NCBI GenBank assembly: GCA_964016885.1
Contig: OZ024746.1
Span: 37,572,001 to 37,636,000 of the forward strand
Origin: Eledone cirrhosa
Taxonomy: Eukaryota
Reading direction: 5' to 3'
DNA: 64,000 nucleotides
This document shows positions 42,290 to 54,498 of this stretch, in pieces; position 1 is the stretch's first letter, and each line of letters opens with the position of its first letter. The translations under genes and the position numbers were made by a program. The notes beneath the pieces are model-generated. The model saw only the letters and a list, made by a program, of their open reading frames with translations. It was not told the origin of the DNA and did no database searches.

Positions 42290-42914
42290 ATATATATTAA
42301 CATTCATATATTAAATACATATTAACATTCTCTATTAGTCTTAATTCTATCAACTCTTCTATTCTTTACCATTTAATATAAACTGATATAGATAAAATGA
42401 GATTTCTTAATTCAATTCCCTAATGCAAATACCAGCAGGCTACCAGCATTGTTATTTACAGTAAAATATTTCTCTTCCTTACTGGACACTTTATATCTGT
42501 ATTAATACTACTACACCAAACGACCAGCCCTGTCCATTGTTCAATTGGTCAAATATAGATTAAAATAGGCACTCCCAAAAATTCTTATTTAGATAAAATA
42601 AGCCATATACTTATTGTATTCTCATTAAAAACCTTCTATATACTTGTTTACCAGCAAATTGAATTGCCATCTGTCATATACTATCCCTTCTCTTCTTCCT
42701 TTCTTACAACTCATATAAATACTTAAATTTTTCTGATTTTTTCCAATTTATCCAATATCTCTGAAGAAGAGACAACTGATTATACATTTGCTATCGAATG
42801 CTTGCTAACATTATATGATTACGCAAGCAGCGATACATAGGTATTCCGTCTGTTACAGAAACATATGTCAATACCTAATAAATTCCTTTATGTAAACACT
42901 TTCATTTTATATTC

Positions 42915-42920
<6 letters not shown>
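42290..42920 (+). mobile_element. PLE 3' UTR fragment (family of 1-600)
   Basis: Reverse complement of 1-585. Confidence 0.85.
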
Positions 42921-42999
<79 letters not shown>

Positions 43000-43024
43000 T
43001 TATTTATTACGTATATATATATAC

Positions 43025-43745
43025 GTATGATAATTTCGTATTTCCAAAGAAATAGGGTTTTATGAAGCCGTAGCTATGCAAACACCGGGGGGATAACGCC
43101 CTCTGGTGATGTCAAGCAGAAGCAAGGGCGACAACCGTCTATGCACTTCAGGCTTAACTGGCCATCGTCAGGACGGTTCCTCCCACTGCTTGCGACTGCT
43201 GGACTAGAAGACTGGCGAGAATATATAGTTTTCTCGTCTGTGTAAATGAGGTTATTAATCTCATTTGCATATGAAGCTGCATAAGTTGGCTCAACTTGTG
43301 ATAGAAAAGAAATAGGATTTCGCATCAAGCATAGCTTTATACAATATGTATAATAATTTCGTATTTCCAAAAAAATAGGGTTTTAGGAAGCCGTAGCTAT
43401 GCAAACACTGGGGGAGGGGGATGAACGCGGAGCCAACTTATACAGCTTCATATGCAAATGAGATTAATCTCTCCATTTAAATAGACGAGAAAACTATATA
43501 TTCTCAACGGTCTTCTAGTCCAGCAGTCGCAACTTGTGGAAGAGACCGTCCTGATTGTAGCCAGTGAAGCCTGAAATGCATAGACGGTTGTCCCGCTTGC
43601 TTGTGCTGGACATCACCAGACGGCGTTCATCGCCCCCGGTGTTTGCATAGCTACGTCTTCCTCAAACCGTATTTCTTTGGAAATACAAAATGATTATACA
43701 TATTGTATGAAGCTATGCTTCAAGCGAAATCCTATTTCTTTTCTA
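43025..43745. mobile_element. Retrozyme-like ~325-nt monomer family, head-to-head: (-) ~1.2 units, (+) ~1 unit
   Basis: 43029-43095 is repeated at 43354-43415. HHRs at 43133-43178 (-; CUGACGA/GAAG) and 43545-43588 (+; CUGAUUG/GAAA); stem I accgtc/gacggt, stem III tgca. Confidence 0.75.
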
Positions 43746-44309
43746 TATATATATATATATATATATAAATGAAGTAATTCCGTCGTAAAAGTCCAGGAAA
43801 AAAGAGTGCTCTATGTAGGTAACAGAGCTTAATAGTTATGAAATAAACAACATAAGGCAATTATTTGATTTACCAGTGGTTTCTTGAGAGCAAACACATT
43901 TTGTTTTCAATTATCAGAATGAAAAAATCCTGGTGTATTTATTGGCATTGGATTTTAAAAACAAAAATATAATCTATATGAAAGTGAGGCTGGAAAAGAA
44001 TGAAGGAAAGGAAAAATAAACACACATGCAAACACACACACACACAATTATATACATACACATATATATATATACATACACACATACATACACACATACA
44101 CACACACACACACATATATATATATGAATATAGATACATACACATACATATACACATACATACATACACACATAATTATCAACATATCCATACATACACA
44201 AACATGCAAATACACAAACATGCATACACACACACACACATATGTACATGCATATACATATATATACACAAACATATATATACACACATACACACACATA
44301 CATATATAT

Positions 44310-44340
<31 letters not shown>

Positions 44341-44741
44341 ACACATATACATACATATATACATACACATGCATACATACATACACACAATCATACATAT
44401 ATACACACGTACATACATATACATACACACATATATACACGCATACATACGCATGCACAAATATAGAAATATGTACACACACCTACATACTCACACACAC
44501 AAATAATTATAAGAAAAAATATCATAAAAATACCGTCACATAAGAATAAAAATGAATATAAAGGTTATTATAGTGTTGACAGCGATACAGGCAACAAATA
44601 AATGAACAAACACACGTGGTAAGCAATACACACAATTGCACGTACACATACATACGTAAAAATAAATACATACACACACTCTCACACATACAGATACATA
44701 TACAAATACATATACACATACATACGCATACACATATACAT

Positions 44742-44834
<93 letters not shown>

Positions 44835-45307
44835 CATACATATCCATACATACACATACATATACATACATAACACAAACACATACATACAAATACAAAC
44901 AGACACATATCTACGTGTGTAAAACTCATTCTTAGATGTATTCATATGAACCTTGTTTAACTCTAAAATATATATATATATACACACATATACATATACA
45001 TTTATGTATACCTACACACACACATATATACACATACGTATGCATACATACATACACACACACACACATATAATTATATATATATATAAGAAAAAACATA
45101 GATATTATATATATAAAAAAACCTAAATAGCGTATATATAAAAATAAAAAGTTGGGAATACGACAAATAATTTAAAAAAAAATAATTAGAACAGGGTATA
45201 AATGTTTACAGCTGATTTAGAGCACTCAACAAGTTCCTGGAGCAAATGATCAATGAAAATAAGCATTAAATCACTGTATGTAATTATGCATATACATACA
45301 CACATAC

Positions 45308-45396
<89 letters not shown>

Positions 45397-45631
45397 CACA
45401 CACACACAAACACAACCACAATAATACACACACACATACATACACATATATACATATACGTATATATATACACACACATAGGAAAAAGTCTGACCCCACG
45501 GCATACCTCAAGCCGTTACTGAGGCTATTATATATATACACACAAAACCATTATATAAAAATACATATACACGCACAAATATACACACCCACACACACAC
45601 ACACATCAAATCTATATATACACACATACAT

Positions 45632-45699
<68 letters not shown>

Positions 45700-45703
<4 letters not shown>

Positions 45704-46049
45704 AGAAAAAGAGATGAAATCGAAAATGCAACTGGAGTCTTATTTTTTTTTTAAATATATATATTTATTTGGTTAGATACCGGTTTCGCAGTTCTTCTGC
45801 TTTTCAAAAGTAGAGTTGAGATGGAGGGTCTGTGGTTTTTCTAACAGATGTGAGAAAAACCACAGACCCTCCATCTCAACTCTACTTTTGAAAAGCAGAA
45901 GAACTGCGAAACCGGTAAAGGAACCAAATAAATATATATATTTTTTTTAAATAAAACTCTAGTTGCATTTTCGATTTCATCTCTTTTCCTTTATACCTTC
46001 ACTCGTGTAGGACACCTCGGTTATTTTTCAATTTGTAAAAAAACCTCAC

Positions 46050-46056
<7 letters not shown>
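45700..46056. mobile_element. Head-to-head pLTR pair with a minimal U3-A8 HHR at 45885-45920 (+)
   Basis: ctt-UUGAAAA-gcag aagaa ctgc-GAAA-ccgg-UA-aag; hairpin centred at ~45848. Confidence 0.7.
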
Positions 46057-46100
<44 letters not shown>

Positions 46101-46234
46101 CACACACGGACAAATACAACAGAAGCATATAATATACAATTATATATACATATACATATACATATATACATACAGGTAAATATAAACATACATACACACA
46201 TATACATATATATATATATACACACACATATCTA

Positions 46235-46303
<69 letters not shown>

Positions 46304-47062
46304 ATATATATATGTATACATATATACACACATATACGCAACACACACGCACACACACAAACATAAATATCTAAAAATTAAAAAATTGGGAATGTGAAGG
46401 GTAAGTCAGAAAGTAGGGGGGGGGGGGATAAGGAAAATAAATGACATAGTAAAAGGTTTAAATATAAAGGGAGATAAGGGAGAAAGAGAATACGAGAGTA
46501 CAGAACGTAAATTCAGCAGGTAAAAAAAACCGTAGTGGAAGTAAAGAGTAGTGAAGTTGTTCAAGGTGGTTGAGTTATAGTAGGAATGTCAATCCAGTTA
46601 CAGATCAGATGTGATTTCAGGTGAGGACAACATCTGAAGATCTCGGTCTTTGAGTTCAGGCAAGCAGAAGTGGCTTTCAAGTTTTGTAAAATCCTATATA
46701 AAATCCTATATAAAAACTTGAAAGCCACTTCTGCTTGCCTGCCTCAAAGACCGAGATCTTCAGATGATGTCCTCAACAGAAATCACATCTGATCTGTAAC
46801 TGGATTGACATTCCTACGATAACTCAACCACCTTGAACTCCTTTCCTGCTCTTTACTTCTACTACGGTTTTTTTTACCTGCTGAATTCACGTTCTGTCCT
46901 CTCATATTCTCTTTCTCCCTTATCTCCCCTTATATTTAAACCTTTTCCTATGTCATTTATTTTCCTTATGTTCCCCCTACTTTCTGCCTTACCCATCACA
47001 TTTTTTTTTTGTTTTTAGATATTTATTTTTGTGTGTGTGCGTGTGTATTGCGTATATGTGTG

Positions 47063-47151
<89 letters not shown>

Positions 47152-47154
<3 letters not shown>

Positions 47155-47765
47155 ATGTCAGGTCACCAGTTGGTGCTACTGGTAACATGTATCCCAGTAC
47201 AACCTGGCTCTTGGTCGGGTCGTTGGCCACTAAACTGGCAACCCCACCAAGGTTTCTTCTTGAGGAGGGTCACTTTGGACATCCTGCAGGACTAAAAACA
47301 AAACCTGTCAAAGGGCGAAGGAGCTCCTAAGTGTCAATGACCATCCAAAATCACCGGGAGAGATGACCCCTTAGACTTTGTCAAGGCAGAATTCTAGGAG
47401 AAGGAAAACTCTGATATAACACCTGCAAAGCTGATGGTATCCAATGATGTTGACTTGTTTTTCGTTTTGATAAATATCATCTTGGTTAAGAGAGTGGGAC
47501 TGGGTTTGTGCAGTGCCTTTGCTCACTATAAAAGCTTCACGACACAGGCATTGCTTTATATCTGGAGATCTCTTTGTACATGTAATCACATGGAACCATG
47601 GGCCCAGCACTATGTGTCAGTAATTGTCACAAGTGTAGTGTTTGTACCAGAGCTTTCAAGTCGCTGGCTGGACTAAATAGTCACACTCGTTCAGCGCATC
47701 GGTAGGAGTTCTCCTACATGGATATGAAGTAGTGGCCGTACTCGAAAACGAGTTGGCAGCCACCA
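47152..47765 (+). mobile_element. Internally deleted RTE-derived non-autonomous element
   Basis: RTE-like 5' motif ctaggagaaggaaaactctg joined to C-terminal Zn finger CSVCTRAFKSLAGLNSHTRSAHR*; absent from the opposite palindrome arm. Confidence 0.6.
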
Positions 47766-48025
47766 TATATATATGTGTGTGTGTGTGTGTGTATATATAT
47801 ATGTGTATGTATATGTGTGTGTATGTATGTTTATATTTATCTGTATGTATATGTATATGTATATATAATTGTATATTATATGCTTTTGTTGTATTTGTGC
47901 GTGTGTGTGTATATATATATATAGAAATGGCTTGAGTTATGCTGTGGGGTCAGACTTTTTCCTATGTGTGTGTATATATATACGTATATGTATGTATGTG
48001 TATGTATGTATGGATATGTATGTAT

Positions 48026-48106
<81 letters not shown>

Positions 48107-48537
48107 ATATATGTATGTGTATGTGTGTGTATGTATATGTGTATGCGTATGTATGTGTATATGCATTTGTATATGTATGTGTATCTGTGAGAGTGTGTAT
48201 ATGTATTTATTTTTACGTATGTATGTGTACGTGCAATTGTGTGTATTGCGTACCACGTGTGTTTGTTCATTTATTTGTTGCCTGTATCGCTGTCAACACA
48301 ATAATAATCTTTATATTCATTTTTATTCTTATGTGACGGTATTTTTATTATATTTTTTCTTATAATTATTTGTCTATGTGAGTATGTAGGTGTGTGTACA
48401 TATGTCTATATTTGTGCATGCGTATGTATGCGTGTATATATGTGTGCATGCATGTGTATGTATGTACGTGTGTATATATGTATGATTGTGTGTATGTATG
48501 TATGTATGTGTATGTATATATGTATGTATATGTGTGA

Positions 48538-48573
<36 letters not shown>

Positions 48574-49058
48574 ATATATAGGTATGTGTGTGTATGTATG
48601 TATATATATATGTTTGTGTATATATATGTATATGCATGTACATATGTGTGTGTGTGTGTGTGTATGCATGTTTGTGTATTTGTATGTATGTGTATGTATG
48701 GATATGTTGATAATTATGTGTGTATGTATGTATGTGTATATGTATGTGTATGTATATATATACACATATATGTGTGTTTGTGTATATGTGTGTGTGTATG
48801 TATGTGTGTATGTATGTGGTTATGTATATTTATACGTGTATGTATATAATTGGGTGTGTGTGTGTTTGCATGTGTGTTTATTTTTCCTTTCCTTCTTTCT
48901 TTTCCAGCCTCACTTTCATATAGATTATATTTTTGTTTTTAAAATCCAATGCCAATAAATACACCAGGATTTTTTCATTGTGATGATTAAAAGCAAAATT
49001 TGTTTGCTTTTAAGAAACCACTGGTAAATGAAATAAATGCCTTATGTTGTTTATTACA

Positions 49059-49166
<108 letters not shown>

Positions 49167-49588
49167 GGAACGAGTAGGACCCCGACGGCTGAGCTCAAGC
49201 CGTTTCGGCGGCTATTTGTGGACTAAATGAAAATGTTTATCCTGGTACATGAATAGCCGAGCTTCTCCGGGGGTAGTTCCATATATGGTAAAAGTGATTG
49301 TCACAAGGATTGGCCAAAAGTGCGTTATGGTGCGTTATGGTCCATCTGGTTCCTTACCGCATTTCCTTCGCTATATATATATATATATATATATTTCGTT
49401 TCTGAATTTGTTTGGCAAGATTCTTTATCTGAAATCGTGTGTTGAAACCGATATTGTTATACTTTGGGAGGGTAATGTTGCCAATAAGAAACACACGCTC
49501 CAGTTGCTTTCACTTCAATTTATTATATATTTATAAATTTACAAGTTTATAAATTTATATATTTCTGGTTGGTTGGTTGTTTATATAT

Positions 49589-49633
49589 AGTCATAGTCCT
49601 TTCGTCACACACTCTGTGACCTCTTCAGTGACT
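49589..49633 (-). ncRNA. Minimal hammerhead ribozyme in pLTR
   Basis: Reverse complement of 57352-57396. Confidence 0.9.
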
Positions 49634-49843
49634 GGGGGTTCCTTTCTTTGTTTCTGTGCCTCTCCTTTGTTCTGTCCTACGCCATTGTGTTTCTGTGTGT
49701 GTGTTGTGTGCTCAGTCTGCGCATGCGCCACATCCGGGTGTCTGTGTGTGTTTATGTTCATTTATCTATTTGTTTATTTATTTACTTATTTACATGTTAC
49801 TGGTTGGTTGTTTGTTCTATGTGTGTGTGTTTTCATTTTGTCC

Positions 49844-52800
49844 TTAATTGTAAGTTGTGATGTTGCTGTTCCACTCATATTTTCTATTTAATTTTGGTTG
49901 TAATTCTTTTATGTTTATTGTCTCTGTAATTTGTCTAAACATTGCATATTTTCTGTGTGTAGATTCTATTTTTATTTCTATGTTCTCTAATTTACCCCTG
50001 TGTTCTATCTTAGCATGTTGGTAGAGTACAGATGATTCTTTATTATCTTGAAGGTCTCGCCAGTGTTCATTTATCCGTTCCCCTATACTACGAGCTGTCT
50101 CACCTATGTACACTATATTTTTGTCTCTACATTGTCCTTCAGTACATCTTATGCTATACACTACATTTCTAGTTTTACAGTTAATATGGGGGCTTATTTT
50201 ACAGGTTATACATTTCTTATCTATATATGAGGGTCTTTGAAAAGGGTATGTCTTGCTAATAAGTGTGTTTACGGAGGTACCTGGTCTTTCTACTATCTTA
50301 ATATTGAGTTTATGTTTATTTAGGGCCCTTCTAAATTTGTAGGCTAGTTCGCCTCTAGGGGTTGTATCGATGAACATTACACTCTGGTATTTATTGCTAT
50401 CATACCATGAGTTTATTCTATTAGCCTTGTTCCTAGTTCTTTCTATTCTAGTCCAAAATGTGCTTCTATACAAGGAGCAGGTCCCATTTATGTCATTATT
50501 TCCCATTTTTTCCCATTTGGTTCTGGCTCCTCGATACACTCTGATTCTATCTCTCTGATTGTAGCCAGAGAACTGCATACGGTGGATGAAGTGTTGTATG
50601 TGTCTCTCTAGTTCTTCGGGGTTGCACATGCGGGACACATTTCTCATCACCCGTACCAAATCCGCAATCAGTATGTTGATTTTGGTATGGTCCGAAATGG
50701 CCGAGTTTCGGTGGATCAGATGTTTGGAAGTCATGGGTTTGGCATAATGGGAATGGAGGATTTGTTTTTTGTTGTTAATGGTATCTAACCAGAGCTATGT
50801 GTCTAGTACAGGTAATCGATGGTTGGGGTGTCTACTTGGGTAGTCTATAGTAACTCTAATGCTCTGGTGGATGGAGTTTGCTATTTGGTGGATGCTTTCC
50901 ATTGTGTTTTGCTCTAGTTCCTGACTGTTCTCTAGTTCGGGTGTCTTAACCACGATGTTTATATCATCTACGTAGCGGAGTACATTATCAGGGTTAAGGG
51001 GTCTTCTAATTGTTCTTTAAGTTTAAGTTTAAGTCTACTGTCCCACCATACCATGAATAAGTTAGCTATGTCGCCTGCAATGCTAACACCAATGGTTGCT
51101 CCTTCCTCTTGGGCATATGTTTTTCCATTAAATTTGAACATATTTTCCTTAAGGGTAAGTTTTATGCTGGCCCCTATCCCATATGCAATCATTTTCTTCA
51201 GTTCATCGTGGTTTTCGGGTGTCCGTATGGCTCTGGTCCACCCGTTCCATCTATCTGTGTGGGTTTTCTTGGCCATTGAGGTAATGGTAGGTGGTCTGCC
51301 TCTTGCTGGTCTTGTAGGGCACAGGTTGCTAAGGTCATATGTGTCTAGGTAACTATTACTATAGGTAAGCTTAAGTAGAAGTCCCAGCTCACTGGTATCA
51401 ATCCCACGGATCTCAACCTTGCTCTCACTGATCATTTCTACGCATTTCTCCACAGCAAAATCCACGTCAATAGATGGATACAGGGACACAACATCCATAC
51501 TGCCTATTATGCAGTTTGTTAGGTCCCCAGATCGGTTACTCACGCCGATTCTGCTGAGGAGGTCCTCCGTGCTGTCACATACATCTGGGGACATTTCAAT
51601 GATGGGGCGTATGATCAGGGAGAGGAAGTAGGACAGTCTGTAGTTACTAGCAATGTTAGCTCCACAGACTGACCGTGTTTGTGGTCCCGCGACAGGGTCA
51701 CATAACGTTTTATGGTCTTTTCGAAGCCCATACAGCGCCGGCACGTCATTGTTCCAGGCCTGGAAGTTGTTGGCAGTCCTTTTGTTGGGCTGCATTATAT
51801 TCGTCCACATCACCATATGGGCATTGAGGGCTTTTTCTCTATCCTCATGCTCCTGTGGTGTTACCTCTCTTGTGTTAGTGATGTGGGTTGCATTGCCTGG
51901 ATGTAGTTTGGCAGGCTGTCAACCGACATTCTGCAAGACTTGTCTGTTGGAAAGCATGCTATCTCTCCATTACGTGAGCGCTGCATGAGCTTACGCAAGC
52001 CATTTGCAGATTTTTCTCCCAGTTGCTGGGCCTCCATTCTATTATGCTTCTTGCTATACTGTTCTATAATATTTCTAAGTTCGGATCTAGCTATACTAAA
52101 TTGTGCTTCTGTTTGTTCATCGACCTGCGACGGCAATTGCGTGCGTTTGTTAAATGGTAAAGTCGTGGCGTGGACTCGTCGCAGGTCGAATGATTTATCG
52201 GAGGGATTATAAAACGGAGAGTTCCAGGCTGCTGCTTTATGTTTACTAGTGCTATTGTTATTGTTAGTTGTGTTGTTTCTATTTCTATTTCCACCAACAG
52301 CTTCATGGTTGTTTCTATGTGTCTCATAATTACTCCTCTCTCTTTCCACTGGCTCATTGTTGTTATCTACCCTATTTTGTGTGTCTGTGTATTCGTCTTG
52401 GTTATTCTATTTGTCCTTCGTCTCCCTTCTCCTTTTAATCCTATTACTTTCTCTTATTTCTGTGATTTCTGTGCTACTGTCATTACTTGTTTTCTGTGTC
52501 TGTGTGTTTGTTAAGATTGTGGGGGTGGTGAGAGGCATTGAATGCGTGTGTGTTGTTGTTGTTGATGTGCTGTTGTTGATGTGTGTTGTTGTTGTCTCCA
52601 TGTGTGTTATTGTTGTTGTGTGTGTTGTTATTGTTGTTTGTGTCTGCGTGTCTGTTGTTGTTTCTGGGTATGTTGTTATTGTTGTTGTTGTTGATGTGTG
52701 TGTTGTTGTTATTGTTGTTTGTGTCTGTGTGTCTGTTGTTGTTGGGATGTGTGTTGTATATGTGTGCGCGTATATTGTTGCTTTTGTTTTTGTTTTTGTT

Positions 52801-53371
52801 TTTGATGCTCCAGCGTAGTTTTGTAAATGATTTTTCTATTTCTGACAGACAACTAATCATATTTACCTTCTTGAATGCCGCAAATTTCGGGGGCAAGCAT
52901 AACACAGACATTTAGTCATTATCTATTCTTGCGTTCCCATATATATTCGTGTTGTTATTGTTGAACTCATCCGTTAATGAGGTGTCGGCCATATTTATAC
53001 CGTCAATTTTGTGGGGATATCTATTGGTATTCTCTATAGTATCCTGATATAGTTTTATCTGCTTAAGACACTTTATTTTCTTGTTAAAGTGCTTATCACA
53101 TTCTTGAGTAATGTACTGTTTTTCAGGGCGTATAAGGCTTATAAATATTAGTTTCTCTCTTGGTGTGGTGATCCTAGCTATTTCTTGTATTAGGTTACGC
53201 TTTTGTTTTTCTTGATGACTTAATTCTCTATAGATCTTCTTTTTTATGTTTAGAATTATTGTTCGTTTTAGCCTATCTGCTTGTTTTTTGGTGAGTTATA
53301 ATCTTCTAACGTCGGTATTGATGGTGTTGGTGTAGATTCTGGATGAGGCACACTGCTTTATGAAGTGTAGA
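49844..53371 (-). pseudogene. Disrupted PLE RT-GIY-YIG ORF (twin arm)
   Basis: ORF pieces 52483-52911, 51861-52349, 50968-51816 and 49844-50734 are collinear with the + ORF, with frameshifts and stops. Confidence 0.92.
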
Positions 53372-53405
53372 TTTTATGAAGTATAAATTGAAGTGAAAGC
53401 AACTG

Positions 53406-54498
53406 GTGCGTGTGTTTCTTATTGGCCACATGACCCTCCCAAAGTATAACAATATCGGTTTGAACAAACGATTTCAGATAAAGAATCTTGCCAAACAAAT
53501 TCAGAAACGAAATATCGTAAGCCCTAGCCAGGCTAACAAGATACTGAAAACCACCATGTTCTGTTATCTACGAAAAACCATAACATCTCGACAACTACAT
53601 TTCATAAAGCAATGTGCCAGAATCTACACCAACACCATCAATACCGACGTTAGAAGATTGCAACTCACCAAAAAACAAGCAGACAGGCTAAAACGAACAT
53701 TAATTCTAAACATAAAAAAGAAGATCTATAGAGAATTAAGTCATCAAGAAAAACAAAAGCGTAACCTAATACAAGAAATAGCTAGGATCACCACACCAAG
53801 AGAGAAACTAATATTTATAAGCCTTATACGCCATGAAGAACAGTACATTACTCAAGAATGTGATAAGCACTTTAACAAGAAACTAAAGTGACTTAAGCAG
53901 ATAAAACTAAATCAGGATACTATAGAGAATACCAATAGGTATCCCGACAGAAAGTGACGGTATAAACATGGCCGACACCTCATTAACAGAAGAGTTCAAC
54001 AATAACAACACGAATATATATGGGAACGCAAGAATAGATAATGACGAAATGTCTGTGTTATGCTTGCCCCCGATATTTGCGACATTCAAGAAGGTAAATA
54101 TGATTAGTTGTCTGTCAGAAATAGAAAAATCATTTACAAAACTACGCTGGAGCATCAAAATCAAAAACAAAAACAAAAGCAACAATATACGCACACACAT
54201 ATACAACACACATCCCAACAACAACAGACACACAGACACAAACAACAATAACAACAACACACACATCAACAACAACAACAATAACAACATACCCAGAAAC
54301 AACAACAACAGACACGCAGACACAAACAACAATAACAACACGCACAACAACAATAACACACACGGAGACAACAACAACGCACATCAACAACAGCACACAT
54401 CAACAACAGCACACATCAACAACAACAACACACACGCATTCAATGCATCTCACCACCACCACAATCTTAACAAACACACAGACACAGAAAACAAGTAA
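53406..54498 (+). pseudogene. N-terminal part of the PLE ORF (two frames)
   Basis: 53406-53891 and 53968-54498 (VLCLPP.F..SEIEKSFTKLRW) are separated by a TGA and a +1 indel that the twin arm lacks. Confidence 0.7.

Noticed and set aside
53889-53891. In-frame TGA aligned to TGT (Cys) in the twin arm as possible selenocysteine, since some Naiads are selenoproteins
   Set aside because: It is followed by a +1 indel, the 898-aa ORF has no TGA, and I see no SECIS-like hairpin after 57139. A point mutation is simpler; a SECIS search on the family consensus would settle it.
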